Positions 15,101-33,476 of a stretch of DNA of 64,000 nt are shown in pieces. Each line of letters opens with the position of its first letter. Within the stretch, counting starts at the first letter, position 1. The stretch lies in assembly GCA_051294375.1 (NCBI GenBank), contig CM119271.1:11861896-11925895 (forward strand), written 5' to 3'. The DNA is from Paraspadella gotoi. Lineage: Eukaryota; Animalia; Chaetognatha. The notes beneath the pieces were generated by a model that was not told where the DNA came from, made no database searches, and was given only the letters and a program-made list of their open reading frames with translations. The translations under genes and the position numbers were made by a program.

Positions 15101-16012
15101 GGAAATGCTGCTCAAACCTTGATGATTTTTGAGCATTGCCAAAATGGGAAAGCACATTCCGCACTGAGGACATTCGTGCGAGTGCATTTTCATGTGCTTG
15201 ATTTTGTTGTGAGCTTTGATGGTAGCGACGTCTCTAAACTTTCGCGGCGGATCGCAGGCGTCGCAAGTCAACTCTTTCTCCAAATCATGAGTCTTGATTC
15301 TGTGAGCTTGAAGTTTGTTCCGCTCCACCAATACACCGCAAATAGGGCAGGCCGTCTTGGCTTGAGCCTCGTTATTGTCCGAGCATCTATTCAAGTGCAG
15401 CAAGAGGATGAAGCGTTCCCCGAATCCTTTGCCACAATTTTCGCAAAACCACGACTTAATCTTTTCCTCTTTCGTTTCCTTCTTTTCCCGACGTCGTTTG
15501 CAGAACCGCCGCTCGTGAATGTAACATTCCGCGCGGGAAACGAATTTCGCTTTGCATTTCTTGCAACTGGAATGAGTCTTCAACGAATGCTCGTCGTCTT
15601 GATGGCAAAATAACCCGTAGGCGTTCATGAAGGTTCTGTCGCAGTTGTCGAGACGGCAAGGTCGAAGTCTTTTGGAGACGGGAAGACCCTCGTCGTGGAG
15701 TTTGGAATGCTTCGTCAATTTATACTCAGAGAGAAAAGTTCGATTACATCTGTCGCACCAAAATAACCGAGAATCTTTTCCTCGTTCGAGATGGGAGCTT
15801 CGCTTTTCACGCCGCGGCGGTGGCGGCGGGTCGGAGGCAGACTTGCTCGCGTCGGCGGGCGGCGTCGTACGAAGGTTGACCGCCCAGGAATGAGCGCCGG
15901 TGAGGAGATGGTCTTCCAAGGAAAGTTTATCGGAGAAAGAGACGCAACAGTCAACGCAGAGATAAGAAAATCTTCCGTCGCTTCCGAAAGTGATTCGAGT
16001 CCCCGTTGCCAT
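12101..16012 (-). CDS. Multi-C2H2 zinc-finger protein, ~1258 aa; exons 16012-15000 and 14864-12101
   Basis: Many CxxC...HxxxH fingers in both ORFs with an acidic linker. A phase-2 intron (AG|gtgatg...taatag|C, 135 nt) joins them in frame with no stop. Confidence 0.82.
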
Positions 16013-16758
16013 GGCGACGAATGGCTGAATGGAATTTAATGATTGAAATAGAATGACATGACGTCGTTACGTTTTCCAGGAGGCGAACCCGTTTTTAGGA
16101 AAAAAAATGAACTTTTAATATCGAGGTCGATCATTTTGTACCCAAGTCTACCATAAGACAAGATATTCTCCTACTGGGTTAACACATTAGCTAAAATATA
16201 GTTTATACAACAAGTTTTATTAAGAAAGCGAAGGATATTCACAAAAACAATTTTTTTGCTGCAAAGCGAGTCGTGAAGTGAAATTAAAAATTTTGATTTT
16301 AAATATTGCTACCATTATCCACATTCATGAAAAGTTTTTAGTTTTCAAAATGACAGATTTTCGGATGTTGCTGGTTACAATAAAAATGTAGTATTTGTTT
16401 GCTGTTGTTAACTTTTGTACAAATCTTGAAAAAGAAGTAGGTACTACAGAGTGAAGGAAAAAGCCACGAAGATAACGTTGACGATTCCGCGGAAAATCCA
16501 AACGAAAAAGTTTGAAAAAATCACGAAGGTCCTCTGCCAATTGGTTAGAAAAGTTTACCTCATAAAACGACAGACGTTAAACATTTAATAAAATTCACTT
16601 ACAAATAATTAATTATTTGTATTTAACTGATTGTTGTTGTCCTGGTGATCCTTTAGTTTAACGTCTGGAGTATAATCGAAGTCCATGGCGGAGAAATTGC
16701 GCCGATGAATTAAAAAAATAAGGACGTGAAACTCAGAGGATGTTTTGTTGTCATAAGT

Positions 16759-18234
<1,476 letters not shown>

Positions 18235-18747
18235 TTACTTCATTAAAATGAGATTTAGTTAAAAGATCATTTATCGTTGCTGAAAAAATAATCATTTCAT
18301 GTGATGTAATGAAATAAAAGGGACAAAACGGATATATGATCAACAAACACCGTGTTAACAAACAATCAAAAGAAGTTTTGACGTAAAACATATGATTATC
18401 ATTATTAGATAATATTTAAATTCTTAGACCCTCCCTTGTATGGAATTTAATCCTTAACTGTTTAAACTTTTTTGTTTATGTGTAAAAATTAATATTTGAA
18501 TGCGTGACGAAAATTTAAATTGAAAAAAAAAATGTTGCCATTTTATTAATTATAATTATTAATTATGATAGATAAACTCAAACGTTATTTTTTTTTAAAC
18601 CCTGTGAGCAATTCCAATTTAAACAATAAGACTGGTTTAAAGTTTACAATTCAAAACTTAGCGAAGAAAAACGAACAAGTTTTTCATGTATATAGACTAG
18701 ACAAAGGTTTTCAACCTAAAAATCTAACACATTGCACGAATCAAGAA

Positions 18748-21700
18748 TCATTTGCTTTTTGGCGAAAGTTTTTCTCTAATAAGAGTCTCATTAAAATGAG
18801 AAAACGTCCATCTTTGCGACTTTAATTCTGGTTTACATTCGTTCATGAAAATTTCTCTTGAGCCTTTGTCGCAATCCAAGCAATGACCTGGAAAAGAAAA
18901 CGTTTCAATAATCAATGTAAGCAATCCAAGCAATGACCTAGAAAAGAAAACGTTTCAATAATCAATGTAAGCAATCCAAGCAATGACCTAGAAAAGAAAA
19001 CGTTTCAATAATCAATGTAAGCAATGCAAGCAACGTTATCCAACGCTTTCCGACCTGAGATTGGATGAAAGAGAGCCTGATTATCCATGTCGTACATCCA
19101 CTGCTGATTCCCCTTCATCCCGTGACATTGATAAAGTAAAACGGGGGCCTTCAAATCGGACACGGCCACGTCGAAGCAGACCGTCCGTTTCATCGGACGA
19201 AGGTCATGATGCCAAGAGAGCTGCAACTGCTGTTCCCCTCCGCGGTCTCGCCGATCCGAGACGCAGTCTTCGAGACCGAACCTCTCGTTCTGATCTCGGA
19301 ACTGAGTGTCGACGCAGAGATCCGCGCCGACGTTGCGTAACTCGCCCGAGGCGAAAGGCGGCGGCTCGACGGGCGGATAATGATCAGCGAGATCGAAGGC
19401 AACTTTGGTCATGAACCAATGAAAGGGTTTACAACGGAGTCGTCGGCGAAGATCGATGAGGTCGGTGAGATTGCCGGGATCCAGCTTCCGGTAACTCGGC
19501 CGCCGACGATAGATGTGTTCCTTATATTCGTCCATCCAAACTTCGGCGACTCGTTTGTAGTTTCGGCCGACGAAGTCTCCGACGCCGGGACTCGGGAATG
19601 GAGTAAACTTGCGGTAAACGTGGCCGATGCGAGAGCAAGGGGCGTCGACCATCGTCCCGCCGCATTGCCAGATCTTGAAGGAAAGTTCGTATTGCTCGCC
19701 GCCCCAGACGTCGAGGCCGGGATCGTAGCCGCCCAAGTGCCAGAAGTAGTTGCGGTCGATGGCGAAGAGGCCTTGCGGGGAGAAAAATATCATTTATTAA
19801 TTCATTAAAATTTTTATATAATAGTAAATTGTATTCCTTAGAGTTATAGTTATATATATATATACTTATACCTCCAGCCATGACTGGACTCTTGAACGGT
19901 TCCGCTGGACGCTTTAAATCTTCCGGTAAAAGTGGGAGACGTTTGTAATACAATTCCCAATCGAAGGCTCCTCGAGCGCCTGAGTCAATTGTATTTCTAA
20001 GAAATCTATCTCTTAAATCTTTCAACAATTGAATAATAAGTTTATATTATATTAGACTTTTTTATTTCATTCATCCATTCATTCATTCATTCATTCATTC
20101 ATTCATTCATTCATTCATCCATTCATTCACCCACCCTCGTCCTGCGCACGATAAGCGAATGTCTCGTAATCAATGACATCAATGAAAGGACAAACGACGA
20201 TGGTCGAGTTTCTGGCGATTGGATCGAGAAGAGGAGGCAACCAATTGGAATTGGCTTCCACGTGGGAGTCCAGGAAAATGAGCACCTGGAATCGAGAAGG
20301 GGACAATTTTATTTTTTATCATCAATGGAATCTTTAGGTTGACAGACACGATGTTTTTGAGAAAGAAAGAGAGATCTTACTTTCCTCAGGCACTATCTTT
20401 ATTTCTGTTAACTGCTCGACAAGTAAGCACAATATTGCAGAAAAAAAAGAAAGATAAGTTGAAATAAGAAAATGAAAAATAAAAGCGACCTGCCCAGTGG
20501 CCACCCTCGCGCCCATGAGCCTCGTTCGAATGAGTCCCTCCCTCTTCTCGGCGCGAACGATCTTCACTTTTCCGTCGGGCCAATGCTCCGCCACGTAATT
20601 GTCGAGCGGTTTCCCCAGGAAGGGTTTGTTGCTGAAGTCGTCGGCCAGGATGATCTCGTGCAGCAGAGCCGCGGGGCTGCGGTTGACGACGCTGGTCGCG
20701 GTCCGCAGCAGCGTGGTCCAGTGTTCGTTGTGGAAAGGGACGACGACGGAGACTGTTGGGAGTTTGTCGAGATACATCTTGGATCGGCAGTCGGGATGAC
20801 GGATGTCGCTCAAGGATCTTAGTGGGCGGAAGTTGGGGGGGGGGGAGATTGGGAAAGAAGGATTAATTATTAAATATCTAATAAAGAGTTGCGTTCATTT
20901 TAAGAATTACTATTCAACGATTTCGCAATGAATATTCATTTATTAAAATTAGAAATAGAAACATTTTTTTCTTCTATTTGAAAAAAGCGGTTAGAAATTT
21001 ATTATATTAATATATCGTTTGAATAATAACGTTGACATTGTTTATCGGCTCCTTCATACTCATCGGTCATCAACGATCAAAATAACCATATAAACCACAA
21101 CTTTGACCACCAGCACGACCACACCCCCAATAGATCACGACCACGCCCCCAATAGATCACGACCACACCCCCAATAGATCACGACTACACGCCTATAGGC
21201 GATTGGTGGGTCCGGAGAAGAGCACCCCCAAAAGATCACGACCACACCCTCAATAGATCACGACCACACCCCCAATAGATCAGAAGAGAAACAATGATCA
21301 AGAATCACAAAACCTATAAGTAACCAAACGGCCAACACCTCTCCTATAATCATTAATAACTCATGATAGCTGAAAAGGAAAGCCAATTAATAATAAATAT
21401 CAATCAATAAATAATAAATGAATAGACACGTAGTGAAATTTTTTATTTGTCAATGAATAAATATACATATGAATAAAAGTCCATGGATGAATCTTCACGT
21501 TTCTTCCCGACACAATGACAACAACGACCAGAAAAAATGACCAAAACGACGACAAGTAAAACAACAAACATAACAACAACAACAACAAACATTACAAAAA
21601 CAACAATAACAAACATTACAATAACAACAAACATTACAACAACCATTAAAACAACCATTAAAACAACCATTACAACAACAACCACAACAACCATTACAAA

Positions 21701-22169
21701 AACAACCACAACAACCATTAGAACAACAACAACAACCATTACAACAACAACAACAACAACAACCATAACAACAACATAACAACCACAACCTTTCCAGCGA
21801 AATCTTGTCGCTCGCGAGTCCATTAAATCCATTGACGCTAAACAATTCCTCTTTCTTCTTCTCTTCCCGCGCGGAGAGGATATAAGCTGCGCCGTTTTCC
21901 CCGGGCCCTTCTCGCGCCCTCTCCCGCTCCATGGCCGCGTAGTCGTGCCAATCGACGAGCTTGGGGGCCTCCTGGTGGGCGTGGCCGACATCGTCGGGCC
22001 GCGGACCGAGCGTCTTGACGATGCGCGCCTCGATCTCTCGAACGAGGTCGCCGGGACCGCCGGGGGAGGGCGTTTCGTAGACGGCGAGGAAGAGCGGGAC
22101 GCCGACGAGGATGACGACGAAGCAGACGACGTATTTGAGGAAGACGACTTTGTTGCGACGAAGGACCAT
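18748..22169 (-). CDS. GALNT10: Polypeptide N-acetylgalactosaminyltransferase, GALNT10-like; exons 22169-21790, 20817-20490, 20285-20135, 19979-19872, 19771-19055, 18887-18748
   Basis: Type II TM anchor; [62 protein letters not shown]; ricin lectin repeats. All five GT-AG introns are phase-compatible. Confidence 0.88.
18871..19030. repeat. 50-bp x3 tandem repeat spanning the last GALNT acceptor
   Basis: Unit gcaatccaagcaatgacct(a/g)gaaaagaaaacgtttcaataatcaatgtaa starts at 18871, 18921 and 18971. Confidence 0.95.
21104..21281. repeat. ~22-bp minisatellite (gaccacacccccaatagatcac) in GALNT intron 1
   Basis: About five visible units with one interruption. Confidence 0.85.
21535..21789. repeat. 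Degenerate (CAA/CAT)n triplet tract starting at the GALNT intron 1 donor
   Basis: Direct reading; it produces the spurious Cys-, Val- and Thr-rich ORFs. Confidence 0.9.
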
Positions 22170-22854
22170 CGCGGAATAAAGGGGGGGAGGGAGAGGGGGG
22201 GGGAAGGGGTAAGGTTACGGCGTCGAGGTCATAGTTGGTGAGTTCAAGTTTGATTTCCACTAAACTTTAAGATTTACGTAATATCTGTAAAAAGCAACGA
22301 AGAAGAATAAAACGCTAAAACAATAAAAAAATAACATCAAATATTTGGGTTGTTTTTTTTCGTAGCAAAACTAAGAAATGAAAAGGATCATACCCTTCAG
22401 CTCGAGCAATAAACCAGATTGCGCTGCTCATTTGTTTAGAATTAAATCGATATATAGCTAGTTGAGACTATTCATAAGAAAAGCTATATATAGTATAATA
22501 AGTAGTATAATACAAATACAATTTAAAAAAATATATATATATATATGTATACTTACTAACTTTATAACTTTACTAACTTTATATTCGGCATTTTCTACCG
22601 AAAACCATTTCTGTTCCTCATCCTTAATTTTAACCAAAATATTTAACCATAATCAAACCATAATATAACCTTAACCATAATAACCATAATCTTTTGCAAA
22701 ATCCTTAACCCAATCACTAACCCTAACTCCTTAACCCTACTACCTAACCCATTATTAATCCCTAACAACCTAATAACCCCCAATGCCCGACCTAATCTTT
22801 AATTTCTTACTTCTGAATTTAAGCTAAAAAAAAAGGTCGCTTTTGGTAATGGCC

Positions 22855-24333
22855 TCATCTACCATTAAGTTCAAATTCGTTCAATCTGCGGTGTAACGGG
22901 CAGTTCATTTTCCTAATAATGTGAGATTGTAACGAATACATTGTTTGTGTACGATTAGATCTGTTCAATCGCAATTTACGGAGAAGATGATACGAAGGCA
23001 GTAGGGAGATCCATTTCTGCGCCACTGCGGTTCGAAACTCGAGCTTGAGAGCGCGCAAGTTGGGATGACGGGTGGCGACGGTCAATCGATATCCACTCAC
23101 TCTCCCCATTTTGTAGATAAGAGAGTTGAGGACCTTGAGAGAGTGGCTCCCTTTGGAAAAGTCCCGAGCATCGCGGACGAGATGTTCCCACTTGAAATTT
23201 CCTGGACCGAAATACGTTTCCACCCAAGAAAGATCGAAGAGTTCGCCTTTTAGGACGGCGGCGCAATTATCGTCTTTTCCGGCGGTAAGATAGTCCCTAC
23301 TGGTGCCAATATCGTCTTTGCCGGCGGCAAGATAGTCCCTACTGGTGCCAATATCGTCTTTGCCAGCGCGTTGATGGTCCTTGCCGGGACCTCCATCGCC
23401 CTTGCCGGGACCTCCATCGCCCTTGCCGACGCGGCGATTGTCTTTTCCGAACTTACGATCGCCCTTGCCGACGCGGCGATCGCCCTTGCCGGCGACGCGA
23501 TCGTCTTTGCCGATCACGACGTCTTCTTTAATCATTTCATTTCTTTTAACATCATAGTCTTTGTTTCTGAATAAGCAATCAGCATTATCATCGGCTTCCC
23601 CCCTCAGAGAAGATTTGTAGCGTGGCTTCAACTCTGGAACGGAAATTCCGACCGGACGATGGTCGAAATAATTACCCGTTTGCAAAATCTCTACCGGTTC
23701 TTCCTTCTGGAAATCCTGATGATCTTTGGAGATGGGATCAGCTGGGTTTTTGAAATAAGAATCATCTCTTCCTTTATTAATCAGAAAGTTGAGAGGAACG
23801 TCTTCAACCGTTTCCACATCGACGAATACATCATCTTCTTCATCAGTGAAACCTTCATCACCGCCTGGCGGGGTGTTGTCGATAACCTCGAAGGGAGGTT
23901 CTCGTTCGGCGCGAGGGAGCAGTTGACCGAAGACGTCAAAGTCAGTCCGAGGCCAATCGAGTGGAAGGTTTGTCTTCGAAGGTGGCGACGCGGAGGCCGA
24001 TTTGTCTGAACGATTCTCGCGGGGGCAAGGGACGGGCTCATCGTCGCCGGCGTTCGGCCTCCATTTCGTCGGGCCATTCAACCGCAGGTCCAAATCTTTG
24101 CCGAGATTCCGGAGTCCGGATTGATTGTATTCTCGGCAGAGATGATCGGCTCCGGCGAAGCGTCGACCTTGGCGAGTTTCGACTAGAACGAAAAGCGAAT
24201 AATCGACGGAGACCAACTTGAGGAATTTGTCGATTAAGACGTCGACAAAAGTCGATTCCGTGGATTTGGGAAGAGACGAGGGTAAGTATGAAGTTTGTCT
24301 CGACTGTCCGGATGAAGTTTGACTAAACTGCAT
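22855..24333 (-). CDS. Uncharacterised 492-aa protein with an internal 7-aa repeat (GKDD/GKGD-xxx)
   Basis: Long single ORF with exon-like composition; an acceptor lies upstream at 24392-24391; 21/42-bp repeats at ~23270-23515. No family recognised. Confidence 0.7.
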   Translation of the reverse strand: MQFSQTSSGQSRQTSYLPSSLPKSTESTFVDVLIDKFLKLVSVDYSLFVLVETRQGRRFAGADHLCREYNQSGLRNLGKDLDLRLNGPTKWRPNAGDDEPVPCPRENRSDKSASASPPSKTNLPLDWPRTDFDVFGQLLPRAEREPPFEVIDNTPPGGDEGFTDEEDDVFVDVETVEDVPLNFLINKGRDDSYFKNPADPISKDHQDFQKEEPVEILQTGNYFDHRPVGISVPELKPRYKSSLRGEADDNADCLFRNKDYDVKRNEMIKEDVVIGKDDRVAGKGDRRVGKGDRKFGKDNRRVGKGDGGPGKGDGGPGKDHQRAGKDDIGTSRDYLAAGKDDIGTSRDYLTAGKDDNCAAVLKGELFDLSWVETYFGPGNFKWEHLVRDARDFSKGSHSLKVLNSLIYKMGRVSGYRLTVATRHPNLRALKLEFRTAVAQKWISLLPSYHLLRKLRLNRSNRTQTMYSLQSHIIRKMNCPLHRRLNEFELNGR

Positions 24334-24728
24334 TCTTGGATTTATACTCGAAAGTACTGGACTGAGAAAAGTGACAAAATTTGAAACTAGCTGTAGGAGA
24401 TAGAGGGCGAGGCCTTCCTAATTTAGGATGTTGAGCAAAAAACAATCAGGGATCCTGAATGTAACAGCTAAGTTGAAAGCCATTTTATTTCTAATCTCAT
24501 TCGGTAAATGAACAAGTAACAAAACATCGTCCATGGAATATTCAATTAATACCCGTCAATAAAAATTGGACAAATTAAACCAAGGGTACAATTTGGAGTA
24601 ACCTTTGCGCTAAATTTGGTTAATTTTAAAACAGTAACGCTTAGTCTAGAAAAAAGGAACTTCCGTTCCGCAATGGAGCTAAACAAACAATCATTGGCGG
24701 GAGAACAATGCACTGTATCCTCACAGCC

Positions 24729-24823
24729 TCAATTATAAGAGTTCGATATCAATTCAGGTTCCTCACTCGGTAATCAATTCAATTATAAGAGTTCGATATC
24801 AATTCAGGTTCTTCACTCAGTAA
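24729..24823. repeat. 50-bp tandem duplication
   Basis: tcaattataagagttcgatatcaattcaggttc occurs at 24729 and 24779. Confidence 0.9.
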
Positions 24824-25122
24824 ACAATAGTTTTTATTTAATGAGTGATTTATTTTAAATGCGAGTATAAATTTTTTCCCTTAAAAAATCCGATATCAGA
24901 TGGTTAAAAAAATATAAAAACCAATCCAAAAATATACTACTAGTAAAATTTGCCCGTAGCTAATATCTAAAAGGTCATAACTAAGACTAGAATAATTCTG
25001 CACAACTATACTAGAGTTATGAAACAAGAAAAGGGAATATAATAAAACTACTACATTAATTTATTAGACAAGAAAAATTTTAAATTGTAAAGAAGATGAA
25101 AAGGAAAAGAAAAAAACCCAAA

Positions 25123-25362
25123 AAATTTAAATATTAGATTATATATTATAAAAGATAAACGTGATATTACATGAGTAGGTCCAAATAGTGCAATATTAAA
25201 AGTAAATTTAAATATTAGATTAAATATTATAAAAGATAAAAGTGATATTACACGAGTAGGACCAAATAGTGCAATATTAAAAGTAAATTTAAAATTTAAA
25301 TATTAGATTAAATATTATAAGGGATAAAAGTGATATTACATGAATATGAAATAGTGCAATAT
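25123..25362. repeat. ~80-bp AT-rich tandem repeat x3
   Basis: aaatttaaatattagatt...gtgatattaca...aaatagtgcaatat occurs three times. Confidence 0.88.
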
Positions 25363-26698
25363 ACAAAAACAACAAATTGCCGCGCTCGCACAATCACTGA
25401 CAATGCAGCTCATACGCATACCCTATTAGGTGCAATCATAGTCGTTTGTCAAGCACATTCATATGAACTCATAATAACATTTACTATTTAATTGCTTAAT
25501 GCTTATATTAATCTATTATCTAAATAATGTATAAATTTAGAATATAAATGATATTAAAAAAAGCTTATTATAAAATTAAGAATGTAAGCTAAAGCTTTTT
25601 TGAAAAGATCATTGATCAGGGAAAACACTTCTAGCACATTAATTATTTGAATAGCTATATTTATATCGGTATTTTATTATCGTGCGAATCAAATATAATA
25701 GTGCCAAAAAAAATTAGATAGAATATGTTACATAAAAGGTACAGTCGAATTAATATGATCCTAAGGACTCTTAGGCTTGTTTAACCCAATCGGGCAATTT
25801 AACAAGTTTAAAAGTCATTAAAATTCATAAAAAGTCTTTAAAAGTCATTATTAAGTGGAGCATTACTAAAACAATAATGGAATACCTTGAAGCCATTTCA
25901 TAACTTGAGCTAGCTCGAGATCGCAAGGCCACCCACAAGGAGAAAGCCGGTTTTTCTTATTTCATCACCCAGTTTTATCAACATCAAAAGTAATTAATTT
26001 CATTAGATTAAAAAAATACAATTTATTCCATAACTTGATAACTGCGATAGTAATAATGATAAAATTACATTCATATCACAATAGTTTTCATTTTCACGCC
26101 AAGCAAACAAGCTTATATATGACCAATCAGAAAAAGAGATGGTTATCTTCCATAGCAGGTGAATTTTGTCCTATTTTTTTATAAACAGGCTACTAAAATA
26201 GTCAATATAAATATGATCTTCATTCCTAGCTAGATTTTAAAGTAAGAAAGTAGCTAATAAATTGGATTATAACCACATCTTTTTGCGAGTAGTGGGAATA
26301 AACTTGACATGTTAAATGGTCTGCGTTTAAAAAATGAAAGCACATTAAGTAAGGAAGGTAGCACGAATTTGATTAGACCTTTTTGACAGGATTGGATCTT
26401 AAGGTAAGGAATTTTTTTTTTTCACGTAGACTCCGAATTTTCGGTTAGTTGTATGGGTAAGCAAGGCTTGGGTGTTCCTAAACGTCAAAAGTATATATGA
26501 AGTCAATTAAATCAAATCAAACAAACGAAAAGAAAAGAAAACAAAATATATATATATAAAAAACCAAATGTCAGCATTTAAAATCGGCGTTCAAATATTG
26601 TATTCTCTGGTAAAAAAAAAAACATTATCCAAACTTAATGCAAAAACTTCTTCAGCTTTTAAATAACAAGAGAAAAATAAAAGAAATTAAGAAATAAA

Positions 26699-31817
<5,119 letters not shown>

Positions 31818-32571
31818 GGTTTAGTTAAGAAATGATATTTGTACGGATTTATTGATAAATCGTTCGGACACCGCGAGGTTTTTTATTGGTTTTTTTTATT
31901 TTCACGGCCGGGCGACGCAACGTTCAGCTGGGAGGAGTTATGAAGACTAAACACAAACTCAATATGCAATTCGCGAATTAAAAAAAAAGAAAGAAAAATC
32001 AAAGTTTTTTTTTTTTTAAAGTTTTCAACTTCAACCATCGAGTTACGACGCTCTCATATTTTTTTATAGATAAACTTGACTTTTTTCAGACGCAGAAGTT
32101 GAATGAACTTTCACTTTTTTAACATTTTGCGCTCATAATTTTGGTTATTATTTTTCTTCCCGATTGTTTAACTGTAGCGGTGTTTCAGAGACTGACTTTA
32201 TTCTAAATGTTTTTGATTACTAAATGCGCAGTTTATTTCCAGTTTTTTTTTAGCTTCTAGTAAAAAAGATATGTATCATATAATACATAAAAATTTGAGA
32301 CACAAAAATCACATAGTAGATGAAAAATAAAATGTATTTGTATAAAAGCGTGAAAATGTAAAAGAAAATAGAAATGGTTTGAGACGATTGGAATTTCGGC
32401 AGTTTGCTTCTTTGGACGTCTGAGATTTAACATAAAAAAAAACCCGAAAAACTTCTGATGCTTTTTTTTCGACTCTCGATTCTCTAAGAATGAAGTGAGG
32501 AGACTCCTTTTCTCTTTTTCTCTCTAAAAAAAAATCCTAATCTTTTGACCTTTGGCATCATCGACGGCTTA

Positions 32572-32662
32572 TTTTTAGTTGCGCCGCGAGTACTCGCGGA
32601 GCAACTCTATAAGTCACCTTTCGGTCGGTCGGTCTGTATGTCCGTCGGTCTGTCCCACTTAC
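32572..32662 (+). mobile_element. HINE/DINE-1-like non-autonomous Helentron-type element end
   Basis: T-run, then hairpin agttgc-g-ccgcgag-ta-ctcgcgg-a-gcaact, then a (GGTC/GTCT)n microsatellite. Identified by architecture only. Confidence 0.55.
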
Positions 32663-33476
32663 TTAAAATGCATATAATACGCCTATAGGCCCTATAGTTG
32701 ATTGATCATTTGTTAAGACAGGAAAAAACCAAGTGACTGCTAGGGCCGCCTTCTGGAAATCCTAAAACTTAAAAGAAGACAAGATTCCGATACAACGCGT
32801 ATCATAAATACACGTGAAAAGAAAGACACTGCGACGCAACACATTGGATGAACCGACCTAGTTTTGATTGATAGCACCAGACGGATTTATAAACGATAAA
32901 AAAAAGTTTGGAATGCAAATAAAATTAAAAAAATTATAACAATGAACACGAGGTGGATTAAGAAAAAACCGTATCACAATTTGACCAAAATTATTGTGTC
33001 AAATATCTTCTCCTTTTTTTCCTTTTATCAGATGGAACACACCCAGAAATGACAAGGTGTTTGAAGATTGAGCGAAACACAAAACGAGATGGCTAAACGT
33101 AATAGGAAAACGGTTTTTTACACGATTTATAAAAAAAAAAGTTCATTTTTTGGTGCTTATCGTATTCAGTGAGTGATTTGGAGAAATAAAAAATTCACAA
33201 CAAAGCGTATAGAAATCTCATTAAAGAATCAAAGCAAGAGGTATCCTCATATTATATTTATCCTACCGACTGGGTTTCAGTCAAATAATTAATGCATTTT
33301 TAGCTAGACCATTAATTCATAGTATAGAATAAAACTGCCTAAATATTTGGCTAAAAATTAGTCATTGCACGAGTAAACCTCAAGTTTTTGGAGATCTTGT
33401 CAAGTATTTCAGTGAGATCATAATATAGTTAACTACAATTGGCGCTTTTTAAAATATATATTTCAACAAGGACGTA

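Noticed and set aside
21495-21789. Cys-rich, metallothionein-like extension of GALNT exon 1
   Set aside because: It is the translation of an intronic (TTG)n tract; splicing at 21789 restores ISLER-SLSDIR of the GALNT.
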